This document shows, piece by piece, positions 32,848-43,158 of a stretch of 64,000 nt of DNA. This stretch comes from an uncultured Clostridium sp. (GTDB lineage Bacteria; Bacillota; Clostridia; TANB77; CAG-508). The stretch covers positions 9,635 through 73,634 of the forward strand of contig CANSII010000001.1 in the NCBI GenBank assembly GCA_947646915.1, written 5' to 3'. The number at the start of each line of letters is the position of its first letter. The stretch's first letter is position 1. The translations under genes were made by a program, and so were the position numbers. The notes under the pieces are model-generated. The model ran no database searches, was not told the origin of the DNA, and saw nothing but the letters and a program-made list of their open reading frames with translations.

Positions 32848-33576
32848 TTATTGAACTATTTCTTCATTGTCAAAACCATCTTTTACTATTTCATCATCTT
32901 GTCTTAAACATTCTACTTTAAGTGTATTATATATTCTCTCTTTTTCTTCTTTTGTCTTTCCTTCTATAAAGTCCATTTTATTTTTAGCTTCTAATATTTC
33001 TTCTCTATCATAATTCATAACTATTTTTGTGTCTATATTTATTATTTCATAATTTACTTTTCCTACTGATCCTATTATCTCATTTGTTTTATTATTTATA
33101 ATTACATATATTTCACTTATTTTTGTTTTATCTCTTGCACTATCTGTTATGTAATAATCTATAGGTGAATTTGATTTATAATTTTGCACATATGTTCCAT
33201 CATTCATAACTCCTAATACTTGTGGCTTACTTTCTATTAGTGATATATCATCAGGTGTTAAATCTGTTCCATATTTTTCATTATATTGTAATACTAATTG
33301 CAACAAAGCTCTATCTGTACTTTCAAATGTTGTCTCTTCTTCATTTTTTTGTGTCATCTCTTCAGGTATTTTAAATTTTATACCGTTTTTAAATGTTTCC
33401 TCTTCTTTATTTATGTCATTTGAAAGTTCTGTTTTATTTTCTCCTTGATTATGTTTATCACCTTTATCTCCTAATAAAAAAGCACCTCCTGCAGTTGTAA
33501 TTCCTAGTGCAGCAAGTATTGCATATATTTTTAATTGACCTTTTTTTATAATTCCTTGTTCTTTTTCTTTTTTCAT
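32848..33576 (-). CDS. Hypothetical protein with N-terminal membrane anchor
   Basis: Likely start MKKEKEQ; hydrophobic IYAILAALGITTAGGAFLL. Confidence 0.65.
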   Translation of the reverse strand: MKKEKEQGIIKKGQLKIYAILAALGITTAGGAFLLGDKGDKHNQGENKTELSNDINKEEETFKNGIKFKIPEEMTQKNEEETTFESTDRALLQLVLQYNEKYGTDLTPDDISLIESKPQVLGVMNDGTYVQNYKSNSPIDYYITDSARDKTKISEIYVIINNKTNEIIGSVGKVNYEIINIDTKIVMNYDREEILEAKNKMDFIEGKTKEEKERIYNTLKVECLRQDDEIVKDGFDNEEIVQ

Positions 33577-33709
33577 TAAATTTACCCCCATAATTATATA
33601 ATACACTATTTTATAGTGGTTTGTCAATCGTTTTACATAATGCTTGATTTTTTTATAAAAACATGGTATAATTAATATAGAATTAAATGCATACAAGGAG
33701 GAATTTTCA

Positions 33710-34162
33710 ATGAATAACTTCTACATTCCACCTACAGGTGTAGAAAATGGACGGAACAACAACAGTGGTATAGATTTACCAAATACGTTAAATGAAGAAC
33801 TATTAAAAAATGCCTCAATTGCTGATGTAACAATTATGAGGAAACTTGTAAGCTTACCTATAACACCCTTGGAAAAATTTCTTTTGAGCAAATTGTATAA
33901 AAACAATTTGGTTGAAGAAAAACAATTAAGAGATTATGTATTCTTAAATCCTCCAGGGAAAGTTATATATTTCTTATTAAAAAATGAAGAAATTCCAATA
34001 GAGAATATAACTTCACGACGCGAAGCAATCATATCGCTTAAAGTATCTCAAAGTTACTTAAGTAGTTGCAAGTCAACTATCGAGAAATACTTTAATATAC
34101 GTGTTACGTACAGTAGGGCAGAAGAAATCTTAACAATAAAAATAATTAACAGAAAATACTAA
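33710..34162 (+). CDS. Hypothetical protein with an in-frame CGG at codon 15
   Basis: Strong AAGGAGG SD; followed by hairpin GGAAGCTCTTGTAAGAGCTTCC. Confidence 0.55.
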   Translation: MNNFYIPPTGVENGRNNNSGIDLPNTLNEELLKNASIADVTIMRKLVSLPITPLEKFLLSKLYKNNLVEEKQLRDYVFLNPPGKVIYFLLKNEEIPIENITSRREAIISLKVSQSYLSSCKSTIEKYFNIRVTYSRAEEILTIKIINRKY

Positions 34163-34229
34163 CTGTTCATTATGGAAGCGGAAGCTCTTGTAAGAGCTTC
34201 CTATTTTCCATTATATACTATAATTCTTT

Positions 34230-34646
34230 TTAACCATGAGAATATAGTTTTCCTCCAATATCTATAAAAAATATATAATAAATGTTTTTTATTATTACAC
34301 CTATAATTCTACCTAAAATAGGACTATTATTAGTATATAATCTCATTATTGCTAATTTATTATTATATTCTTTAGCTTCAAATCTATCTTTAAACTTTGA
34401 TGGTATTTCTTTTTTTATTCCCAATTCTTTTACTTCAACAAATTCAAATCCTATATTCTTATTTCTATTCCTTATTATATTATAAGTATCAGATGATAAT
34501 TCTCTTATTCTTTTTAAAAATTGCAATTGGTATTGTTCTTCAAAATTTTCTTCATATACTATATATGAAAAATTAAATTTTAAAAATTGTGGTGAAAAAC
34601 AATTTACGCAAGGCTTTTGAATTTTTCCTTTTTGTTTTATTCCCAT
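34230..34646 (-). CDS. Putative toxin partner of the Panacea antitoxin (possibly RelE-like)
   Basis: Start overlaps the antitoxin stop; RIIGV..NIYYIFFID...KLY C-terminus. Confidence 0.55.
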   Translation of the reverse strand: MGIKQKGKIQKPCVNCFSPQFLKFNFSYIVYEENFEEQYQLQFLKRIRELSSDTYNIIRNRNKNIGFEFVEVKELGIKKEIPSKFKDRFEAKEYNNKLAIMRLYTNNSPILGRIIGVIIKNIYYIFFIDIGGKLYSHG

Positions 34647-35149
34647 TATGCAATTATCTCTTTCTTAAAATAATCCTCAATTAAATCATTATCTATTTTT
34701 TGACCTAATCCTTTATTTCTTTGAGTTATATCCCATGGTGTGTTATCCTCATGTGTCATTTGTCTTAATTGCCAAGCTGTATATATTGCAAAATTATTAT
34801 ATGTTAAATTTAATATTTCTAATACTTCTTTATTATTTTCAATTTTAGTTACAATTTCTTCTGCTTGTTTATCCATTTTTATTTCTATATTATTTCTTCC
34901 AAATTTAGAAAAATTCCCATAAACTTCTTTTATAACAGGGCCATGTTGCCATGCTTCAATATTTTCTTCAAATAATGGTTTACTATACATTCCTAAACTT
35001 ATACCTTGTGCATAATATAATAATTTCTGTAATTTTAAATGTGTTATTCCTTCATATACCTCATAATCATCATTTGTTGCTTCATGCTCTCTTATTTCTG
35101 CATTATTCTTTAATAAAAACCATGTTGCTATTTCTAATGCACTATACAT
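34646..35149 (-). CDS. Panacea (DUF4065/SocA) antitoxin
   Basis: ITHLKLQKLLYYAQG, EAWQHGPV, TH...PW. Confidence 0.9.
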   Translation of the reverse strand: MYSALEIATWFLLKNNAEIREHEATNDDYEVYEGITHLKLQKLLYYAQGISLGMYSKPLFEENIEAWQHGPVIKEVYGNFSKFGRNNIEIKMDKQAEEIVTKIENNKEVLEILNLTYNNFAIYTAWQLRQMTHEDNTPWDITQRNKGLGQKIDNDLIEDYFKKEIIA

Positions 35150-35353
35150 AAACTATTCCTCCTTATTTATTATGTTCTTTATATTTTTTTAACATAAAAT
35201 ACAATTTATACTATTAATATTATATTCTAGTAAATTATGAATGTCAATATTTTACAAACATATTTTTGTATTTTAAATAAATTTTATATATTCTTTATCA
35301 TTTTTCGACAAATTTCATATTATATATTAAACAAACAATTTGTTTGAAAAAAA

Positions 35354-35836
35354 ATGAAAGGAAGAAAAAATATGGAAATGGAAAATAAAAAACCTTGCTG
35401 TCCAATTATAGATGTAGATGGAGTTGTATCAGGAGGAAAACAATTTGACTTAGATATAACATTACCAGAAGATAATAGAGATGTAATTTATGGAGTTATC
35501 AAAAACTGTTTCAAAGAGCCAGTTCGTGATGCAGTTGTTAAATTAACAGAAATCGTTTATGAATGTGGAAAAGAAGAAAGAAGACCTATTGGTCATACTT
35601 TTACAGACAAAGAAGGAGAATTTGTATTTGGACCACTTTGTCCTGACAGACATTATGCAATACAAATTTGGGCTAATACTACTAAAAAAATCAAAATATG
35701 TGCAAAATGTCATCATGAAGGAAAATGCTTAAAAGGTGATAAACACGACAAATGTGATTGCTTTATAGATGATAAAAAACCATGTTTTGGCGATGACAGA
35801 TGTGAAGAATGTTCAGAAGAAGAATGCTGTGAATAA
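35354..35836 (+). CDS. Cys-rich protein with a beta-sandwich domain, possibly spore coat
   Basis: GHTFTDKEGEFVFGPL; many Cys at both termini. Confidence 0.55.
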   Translation: MKGRKNMEMENKKPCCPIIDVDGVVSGGKQFDLDITLPEDNRDVIYGVIKNCFKEPVRDAVVKLTEIVYECGKEERRPIGHTFTDKEGEFVFGPLCPDRHYAIQIWANTTKKIKICAKCHHEGKCLKGDKHDKCDCFIDDKKPCFGDDRCEECSEEECCE

Positions 35837-35850
35837 AAAATTTATGGGAG

Positions 35851-35991
35851 TTATAAAACTCCCATTTTCTTTGCAAATTGTTTACCCTTTTTAATCATTT
35901 TATTTTTGCTCATCATATTATTATCATTATACATTAAAAGTATTCCAGTTGTAATAAGACCACCAACTAATAAACCCTTTGTAAATTTCAT
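35851..35991 (-). CDS. Small membrane protein, 46 aa (MKFTKGLLVGGLITTGILLMY...)
   Basis: Hand-translated; GGGTGA SD; one TM plus basic tail. Confidence 0.6.
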   Translation of the reverse strand: MKFTKGLLVGGLITTGILLMYNDNNMMSKNKMIKKGKQFAKKMGVL

Positions 35992-36066
35992 TAAAATCAC
36001 CCTTTCAATTATTATTAAATTACATTAAAATTCTTAAAAAGCTCAATCTTTTTAATAATCCATTTA

Positions 36067-36462
36067 TTATTTATTTTTGCTCAATTTCACTTTTTTATTC
36101 TCTTTTATAATGGTATATATTTCATGAATAGCAATAATTGCCAAAAATATGCCAAATAGCCTTCTTAAAGTTTTCACATCAGTTTGAAATGATAAATTAG
36201 CACCAATGATAGCTCCTAAAATACCAAAAATTGAAATTAATGTTGCTAATTTTAAATCAATATATTTATTTTTTAAATTTACTATAATAGCCACAATAGA
36301 TGTTGGTATAAAAAAGACCAAATTTGTCGCTTGTGCTATATGTTGATCTAGTCCACATATAAATGTAAGTAAAAAAATTAAAATAGTTCCTCCACCCATT
36401 CCAGTTCCACTTACAATTCCAGAAACAGCACCTATTAGTATTTCTCTCAAGAATAACACCAT
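36067..36462 (-). CDS. TauE/SafE (TSUP) family half-transporter
   Basis: SGTGMGGGTIL, AQATNL. Confidence 0.85.
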   Translation of the reverse strand: MVLFLREILIGAVSGIVSGTGMGGGTILIFLLTFICGLDQHIAQATNLVFFIPTSIVAIIVNLKNKYIDLKLATLISIFGILGAIIGANLSFQTDVKTLRRLFGIFLAIIAIHEIYTIIKENKKVKLSKNK

Positions 36463-36468
36463 TCCTTT

Positions 36469-36744
36469 CTAATTGTGTTTTTTATCATTTAAAATTTTTT
36501 TAAATATATCCTCAGCTATTTGAGTTATACAATTATCACATCTTAACATTTGATTTATTATTAATTTTCTTAATTCTTCATCTTGAATATTATCTGCTAG
36601 ATCCATAAACTTTTGTAATTCAAACAAATATTGCTGATTTTTATTTTTCCATATACTACTATTATCACTATTATTTAAGTTATTCATTATTTTACAATTA
36701 CCTCCATTATTATGAGAACATAATTTTTTTATTTGTATTATCAA
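36469..36744 (-). CDS. Hypothetical protein
   Basis: ORF between the two TSUP halves; true start probably MNNLNN. Confidence 0.55.
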   Translation of the reverse strand: MIIQIKKLCSHNNGGNCKIMNNLNNSDNSSIWKNKNQQYLFELQKFMDLADNIQDEELRKLIINQMLRCDNCITQIAEDIFKKILNDKKHN

Positions 36745-36854
36745 ATAAAACTTTTATATATTTTCTTAGTTATATATTAACTTACATTTTTTGACTTTTT
36801 TCTTTTTTTTCATGAAATGTCTTTTTTATTTTATGACACAACAAAAATTTTTTA

Positions 36855-37247
36855 TCAAAGTATCATTTTAAGTGATACATATATCAAGAAAACAGTAAAA
36901 GCTATTTTTAAATATTTATCTGGAAGTTTCTTTAATAATTTAGCTCCAAAATATCCACCAATTGCACCACCAATTGCACATAAAATGGCAACATTCCAAT
37001 TAATATAATTCTCTTTATAATAGAAAAAACTACTAGTGATTACCATTGGTAAAATACAAAATACTGATGTTCCCCTTGCTTTTTGTGGTTCCATATTTAG
37101 CAAATATATAAAGGCTGGTACTAATATTAGACCTCCTCCTGTTGAAAAAAATCCACTAATAAGTCCTGCCAAAAATCCTATTATTACTTGTTTAATAATA
37201 TTTACTGACATAATAAAAAACCTACTCTCTAAAAGTAGGTTTTCCAT
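36855..37247 (-). CDS. TauE/SafE (TSUP) family half-transporter
   Basis: GFFSTGGGLILVP, ARGTS. Confidence 0.85.
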   Translation of the reverse strand: MENLLLESRFFIMSVNIIKQVIIGFLAGLISGFFSTGGGLILVPAFIYLLNMEPQKARGTSVFCILPMVITSSFFYYKENYINWNVAILCAIGGAIGGYFGAKLLKKLPDKYLKIAFTVFLIYVSLKMIL

Positions 37248-37277
37248 ATTTTTGTATTTTATTCAATTTAAATGTTA

Positions 37278-38519
37278 CTATTCTATATTTTCATCCTTTA
37301 TATAATATTTAGTTCCAATCATTATATCAGGCAAATATTGTTGTTCAACCCAATGACCTTCAAAATCATGAGGATACAAATAACCCTCACTATATCCTAA
37401 TTTTTTCATATCTTCAACAGGTGCATTTCTTATATGCATTGGTATTGTTCCTGTATCTTTACTTGATACATCTTCAAGTGCTTTATTTATCCCTAAATAT
37501 GTAGCATTAGATTTTTTTGATGTCGCAATATGCACTGCTGCTTCTGCTAATATTATTCTTGCCTCTGGCATTCCTACCATATGAACAGCCTGCATTGCAG
37601 AATTTGCTACAACTAATGCATTAGGATTTGCCATTCCAACATCTTCTGAAGCACATATTACTATTCTTCTTGCTAAAAACATTGGATCTTCTCCTCCATT
37701 TAAAGCTCTTGCTAAATAAAACAATGTAGCATCTGCATCAGATCCTCTCATAGATTTTATAAAAGCACTTATATTATCATAGTGACTATCTCCATTTTTA
37801 TCAAATACTGCTTTTCTAGTTTGTATACAATTTTTAATAACTTCATCAGTTATATGTATAAATCCATCACTTTTCATACTTGTTGTAAGTACTGCGATTT
37901 CCAATCCATTTAATGCAGTTCTTACATCTCCATTTGATATTTTAGCAAGTTTCTTTAATGTTTCGTCTTGTACCTTTATATTATATTCTCCTAATCCATC
38001 CTTTCTTTCTATTGCATTTTGTAATACTTGATATATATTTTCATCTGTTAATGGTTCTAATTTTATTACCATTGATCTTGAAATTAAAGCTTTATTTACT
38101 TCAAAATATGGATTTTCAGTAGTTGCTCCTATTAGAATTATCAAACCATTCTCTACATAAGGAAGTAACGCATCTTGTTGCAATTTGTTAAATCTATGTA
38201 TTTCATCTATAAATAAAATGCTTTTTCCCATTGGATTTATCATAAAGTTTTTTGTTTCCTCTATTACTTTTTTTATATCTGCAACACCTGCTGTTACTGC
38301 ATTTATTTTATAAAACTTATATTTTGTTGTTTCACTTATTACTTTTGCAAGTGATGTTTTCCCACATCCAGGTGGTCCAAATAAAATTATACTAGATAAT
38401 CTATCTGCTTTTATAGTTCTATATAATATTTTATCTTTTCCTAAGACATGTTCCTGACCTATATATTCCTCTAACGTTCTTGGTCTAATTCTATATGCTA
38501 ATGGTTCATTATTATTCAT
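37278..38519 (-). CDS. rarA: Replication-associated recombination protein A
   Basis: PLAYRIRP, GPPGCGKT, FIDEIHRFNK, ISAFIKSMRGSD, YLYPHD. Confidence 0.95.
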   Translation of the reverse strand: MNNNEPLAYRIRPRTLEEYIGQEHVLGKDKILYRTIKADRLSSIILFGPPGCGKTSLAKVISETTKYKFYKINAVTAGVADIKKVIEETKNFMINPMGKSILFIDEIHRFNKLQQDALLPYVENGLIILIGATTENPYFEVNKALISRSMVIKLEPLTDENIYQVLQNAIERKDGLGEYNIKVQDETLKKLAKISNGDVRTALNGLEIAVLTTSMKSDGFIHITDEVIKNCIQTRKAVFDKNGDSHYDNISAFIKSMRGSDADATLFYLARALNGGEDPMFLARRIVICASEDVGMANPNALVVANSAMQAVHMVGMPEARIILAEAAVHIATSKKSNATYLGINKALEDVSSKDTGTIPMHIRNAPVEDMKKLGYSEGYLYPHDFEGHWVEQQYLPDIMIGTKYYIKDENIE

Positions 38520-38629
38520 TTTGCTATACCTCTTTTTTATAAATTATTTATATTAATTTCAAAAAAAGGAGTTTGACCATGGGTCGTTTTTCACTTTGTG
38601 TTGCGAAATTCAAACTTTCATAGTGTTTC

Positions 38630-39256
38630 CTATTTTCCTAAAATTGCTAATCCTTTTCTTATTAAATCTTCTGTTGATAATTCCTTTTTATCTAATTTAT
38701 CAAAAGCTTTTTCAATCTCTTTTTTATTATAACCCAATACTTGTAGTGCAGCAATTGCTTCATCAACTTTTTCATTATTCTCTATTGCAACTTCTACTTT
38801 TGATTTTGTACCTTTTGTTGCTTTTGTTAGTTCTTGTATTTGTTGTTCTTTCTTTATTTTATCTTTTAATTCTAATATTATTCTTTGTGCTGATTTTGCT
38901 CCTACTCCTGGTATTTGTGTTAGTGTATTTATATCTTCTGAAATTACTGCTAAAGCAAACTCTGTTGGTTCACATACAGCAAGCATTGAAATGGCTGTTT
39001 TTGCACCAACTCCACTTACTGATATTAATAATTCAAACATTCTTAATTCTTCTAATGTATTAAAACCAAATATGCTAATATCATCTTCTCTAACTTTGTA
39101 ATATGTATGTACTTTGACATTTTCTCCTATGTTTCCTAATTTGTCTATTCCAGTTTCTGACATATATATCTTATAACCTAATCCTCCTACATCAATTACT
39201 ATATATCCTGTCATTTTCATTTCTAATTTTCCTTTTATATATGCTAACATAGACAT
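38630..39256 (-). CDS. ruvA: Holliday junction branch migration protein RuvA
   Basis: IDVGGLGY, LISVSGVGAKTA, IPGVGAKSAQRIILELKDK. Confidence 0.95.
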   Translation of the reverse strand: MSMLAYIKGKLEMKMTGYIVIDVGGLGYKIYMSETGIDKLGNIGENVKVHTYYKVREDDISIFGFNTLEELRMFELLISVSGVGAKTAISMLAVCEPTEFALAVISEDINTLTQIPGVGAKSAQRIILELKDKIKKEQQIQELTKATKGTKSKVEVAIENNEKVDEAIAALQVLGYNKKEIEKAFDKLDKKELSTEDLIRKGLAILGK

Positions 39257-39398
39257 TTCTTCCCTTCATCTTAATATTTTATTTAATTTTTAGTTTTTTA
39301 ATTTATAAAATTGATTACAGAAAAAAGATATTTTATATTTCAAAAAACCAAACTTAAAAATTTTTATTTTGAATATTCTTATTATTTGGCATATATAT

Positions 39399-39992
39399 TT
39401 ATATATCGTAAAAATACGTTGCTTCTAAATCTGCTTCATGCATTAATAATGCAAGTGGATATTTTTTATATGCAGCTCCTATTGTATTATATAATTCTTT
39501 TGGTTCTGTATATCCCATATGCCAACGTATTGCATATTTTTCTTCTGGTGTTAATTTGATATATTCTGTAATCATCATTACTGATTTTTCACCATGTCCA
39601 TATGGTATTGTGTCATCTACTGTATAATATGGTACTTTTTCCCATACTCCTAGTGCATTTTTTGCATTTCTATAATCTATTTTATAAAAATTTGCTTTAC
39701 ATAAATCATGTAATAATGGTACTAAGATTAATGTTTCAGTATTTACTTCTATTGGTTCTATATTTGTTTCAACTTTGTGTTTTAATATTTCATATACTTT
39801 TAAACTGTGTTCTACTAATCCCCCTTCATGATCTCCATGAAATCTTGTACTTGCTGGTGCTTTGAAAAAGTCTGTCTTTTCTATAAAATCTATTAATTCT
39901 TCCATTCCTTCCCTTTTTACTTGTTTTAATAGTTCTAAAAATTGTTCTTTCATTTTTCCCATCCTTATTTGTTTTTTCTTTCTTTTTTGCAT
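39399..39992 (-). CDS. HD-domain hydrolase
   Basis: APASTRFH, GGLVEHS, LLHDLCK, GHGEKS, IRWHMG. Confidence 0.85.
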   Translation of the reverse strand: MQKRKKKQIRMGKMKEQFLELLKQVKREGMEELIDFIEKTDFFKAPASTRFHGDHEGGLVEHSLKVYEILKHKVETNIEPIEVNTETLILVPLLHDLCKANFYKIDYRNAKNALGVWEKVPYYTVDDTIPYGHGEKSVMMITEYIKLTPEEKYAIRWHMGYTEPKELYNTIGAAYKKYPLALLMHEADLEATYFYDI

Positions 39993-40080
39993 ATTATATA
40001 TTTATAAATGTTAAATGTCAATACTTTATGCAAATTTTTGTTTGTATAACTACAAAAAGATAGTTTTATAAATTAATACT

Positions 40081-40358
40081 ATTGAAAATGCTGAAATATA
40101 AATAGTTATGTAGTATCGAGTGTAACTGGAAGATGTTTAGAAATTCTTATAAAATATAATGAGGAAGTGTTCACGTTTCCTTTAATATATGGCTTTGTTC
40201 GTCCGCCAAAATGCAAAGCATTTTGTGTGAAATTTTTATATTATAGAAATTCGAGGAATTTTCTATAATATAAAGAGGCTCATTATATTTTTTAGAATTT
40301 CTTAATATCTGTAAGGCTAACCGAGATACAAGTAAATATTTATATACCAGCATTTTCA
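40081..40358. repeat. Long imperfect palindrome, family B
   Basis: TGAAAATGCTG...AGAAATTCTTATAAAATATAATGAG pairs with CTCATTATATTTTTTAGAATTTCT...CAGCATTTTCA. Confidence 0.7.
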
Positions 40359-40390
40359 TTAAATAACAAAATCAAAACCATTTTCTAATA

Positions 40391-41641
40391 TTATTTACAA
40401 AATAACATCTTTATTCTATCAATAGCTTCAATAGTATTCTCTCTAGTACCAAACGCAGTTAATCTAAAATAACCTTCTCCATGAGGACCAAAACCGCTAC
40501 CAGGAGTACCAACAACATTTGCTTCATTTAAAAGTTTATCAAAAAACTCCCAAGATGACATACCATTTGGAATTTTAAGCCAAACATAAGGAGAATTAAC
40601 GCCACCAAAAACAGTAAATCCTGCTTCTTCTAAGCCATTCTTTATTATTTTAACATTTTCTAAATAATAATTTATATTTTCTCTAATCTGTTTTTTACCC
40701 TCTTCTGAATAAGTTGCCTCAGCAGCACGTTGTGTTATATAAGATACACCATTAAATTTAGTACAAGTTCTTCTATTCCATAATTTATTTATACTAACTT
40801 CTTCTCCTTTTTTTGTATATCCTTTTAATTCTTTTGGAATAACAACATAACCACATCTTAAACCTGTAAATCCTGCTGTTTTTGAATAGCTTTTAAATTC
40901 AATTGCAACATCTTTTGCACCATCTACTTCATAAATACTATGTGGTATATCTGTTTCTGTTATAAACGCTTCATATGCTGTATCATATAATATTATTGAT
41001 TTATTGTCTCTTGCATAATCTACCCATTTTTTTAATTCTTGTTTATTTAGTGTTGTTCCTGTTGGATTATTTGGAAAACACAAATATATTAAATCAACTT
41101 TTTCTGATGGAATTTTAGGTTTAAAATCATTTTCTTCTGTTACTGGTAGATATACTATTTCTTCATATATTTCTTTTTCTTTATTATATTTCCCGCTTCT
41201 TCCTGACATAACACTTGTATCTATGTACACAGGATATACAGGATCTGTTATTGCAACTTTGTTATCTTTATCAAATATATCAACTATATTTCCACAATCA
41301 CATTTAGCTCCATCTGATACAAATATTTCATCTTTGCTAATTTCAATTCCTCTAGATTTATATTCATTTTCTACTATAGAATCTCTTAAAAAGTCATAAC
41401 CTTGCTCAGGTCCATATCCTCTAAATCCATCTGATGTTCCCATTTCTTCTACTGCTTTGTGCATCGCTTCTACACATGCTGGTACTATTGGTCTTGTTAC
41501 ATCTCCTATGCCTAATTTAATTATTTTTTTATTTGGATTATCTTCTGTAAATTTAGCTACTTTTTTTGCTATTGTTGAAAATAAGTAGCTTTCTTGTAAT
41601 TCTAAAAAATTTTCATTAATATTACTCATAATACCCTCCAA
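40391..41641 (-). CDS. dapL: LL-diaminopimelate aminotransferase
   Basis: [39 protein letters not shown]. Confidence 0.95.
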   Translation of the reverse strand: MEGIMSNINENFLELQESYLFSTIAKKVAKFTEDNPNKKIIKLGIGDVTRPIVPACVEAMHKAVEEMGTSDGFRGYGPEQGYDFLRDSIVENEYKSRGIEISKDEIFVSDGAKCDCGNIVDIFDKDNKVAITDPVYPVYIDTSVMSGRSGKYNKEKEIYEEIVYLPVTEENDFKPKIPSEKVDLIYLCFPNNPTGTTLNKQELKKWVDYARDNKSIILYDTAYEAFITETDIPHSIYEVDGAKDVAIEFKSYSKTAGFTGLRCGYVVIPKELKGYTKKGEEVSINKLWNRRTCTKFNGVSYITQRAAEATYSEEGKKQIRENINYYLENVKIIKNGLEEAGFTVFGGVNSPYVWLKIPNGMSSWEFFDKLLNEANVVGTPGSGFGPHGEGYFRLTAFGTRENTIEAIDRIKMLFCK

Positions 41642-41658
41642 AAATTTATAATATTTAG

Positions 41659-42495
41659 CTAATATAATAAAGTTCCTTCAAATACAGTTACAGCTGGACC
41701 TGTCATATAAACATGATTATCTTCATTATTCCATTCTATCTTTAAAGTTCCACCCAATAGCTCTACATTTAGGTCTCTATCTGTCAAATCATTTAAACAA
41801 CAAGCAACAGCAGTTGCACATGCTCCTGTTCCACATGCTAGTGTTTCACCTGCACCTCTTTCCCAAACTCTCATTTTAACATTATTTCTATCCACTATTT
41901 CTATAAATTCTACATTTGTTTTATTTGGAAACACTTCATCAATTTCTAATATCTTTCCATATTTTTGAATGTCAAATCTCTCTGTATTTTCTACTATTGT
42001 TATTGCATGGGGATTTCCCATTGATACACATGTAAATTTAAATTCTATTCCTTCTGCTTTTAATAGTAAATTTTTAACAGGTTTTTCATTTGATATTACA
42101 GGTATTTTTTCTGCTTCTAATATTGGTTCACCCATATCAACTTTTACTGTTTCTACTTTTCCTTCTTTAACATTTAATTTTAATGTTTTTATTCCTGCTA
42201 ATGTTTCAATTCTTACAGTAGTTTTATCTGTAAATTCTTTATCATATACAAATTTTCCTACACACCTAATTCCATTTCCACACATTTCTGCTTCGCTTCC
42301 ATCTGAATTAAACATTCTCATTTTAAAGTCAGCTTTTTCACTTTTACATATTAATATTAGTCCATCTGCTCCAATTCCAAAGTGTCTATTACTGACAAAT
42401 TGAGCTAGTGATGATTCTTGTTCTATTTTTTGATTTATTGCATCAATATAAACATAATCATTCCCTAGCCCATGCATTTTTGTAAATTTAATCAT
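41659..42495 (-). CDS. dapF: Diaminopimelate epimerase
   Basis: [37 protein letters not shown]. Confidence 0.97.
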   Translation of the reverse strand: MIKFTKMHGLGNDYVYIDAINQKIEQESSLAQFVSNRHFGIGADGLILICKSEKADFKMRMFNSDGSEAEMCGNGIRCVGKFVYDKEFTDKTTVRIETLAGIKTLKLNVKEGKVETVKVDMGEPILEAEKIPVISNEKPVKNLLLKAEGIEFKFTCVSMGNPHAITIVENTERFDIQKYGKILEIDEVFPNKTNVEFIEIVDRNNVKMRVWERGAGETLACGTGACATAVACCLNDLTDRDLNVELLGGTLKIEWNNEDNHVYMTGPAVTVFEGTLLY

Positions 42496-42648
42496 AAAAT
42501 CACCTCTTATAGGTATTAATAACAGGTAAAATATAATTATATTTTACCTGTTTCGTATTCTATCATAATATATTTTATTTGTAAATAAAATTTTTATGTC
42601 CAAAAGGAAATGTCGTTAGTAGTTAATGGATCTTACATAGTATTTAAT

Positions 42649-42838
42649 AAAATTGTTGATATATCAATATTGATTAAACTTTAAGTATGACCGAAATAGC
42701 ATTAGAAATTTTTAAAATAGACCTGTGAAGGATCCTGTCTTTGGGTAGAGTTGCAGGGCTATTTTTAGAATTTCTTAGGCGTTGTGAAAGGTAATCGAAA
42801 AGTTGAAGAAATATTTATATATAAACAATTTCAATAGT
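42649..42838. repeat. Long imperfect palindrome, family B
   Basis: AGAAATTTTTAAAATAGACCTG / CAGGGCTATTTTTAGAATTTCT; ends resemble 40081-40358. Confidence 0.65.
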
Positions 42839-42894
42839 AATATTTTTCAAAAGCATTAACCAGTAAGGAAACGTTCCCAATTGACAAATGGACA

Positions 42895-43158
42895 TTATAT
42901 TAAAACAATCTCTGTTCCATTTCTAATATCAGTATCTTTAACTCTAGAATTAATATCATAAGCATTACCTGTAAGCTTATTGTACAAAATAGGCATCTCA
43001 TTTGGTTGATACTGACCCTCTTCCAATTCATTAACAGCCTTAGAAAGCAAAATAATTATATTATAAATCTTTTTATTTAGAGGAAGCCAAATCTCATACT
43101 GTTGTTCTAAAATTGGAACAAATAATTTTACTAAAACTTTATTCATTTTCATCACCAT
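42895..43158 (-). CDS. EsaB/YukD-like ubiquitin-fold T7SS protein
   Basis: ~85 aa, overlaps the end of essC, C-terminal DTDIRNGTEIVLI. Confidence 0.7.
   Translation of the reverse strand: MVMKMNKVLVKLFVPILEQQYEIWLPLNKKIYNIIILLSKAVNELEEGQYQPNEMPILYNKLTGNAYDINSRVKDTDIRNGTEIVLI

Noticed and set aside
36067..37247. Two TauE halves as one frameshifted gene
   Set aside because: They are ~390 bp apart with another ORF between them; each has its own start and stop.
38630..39256. ruvA without an adjacent ruvB
   Set aside because: Separation is plausible after rearrangement and cannot be judged from one window.
40171..40359. 62-aa ORF downstream of dapL
   Set aside because: It lies wholly within the long palindromic element and has no protein-like features.
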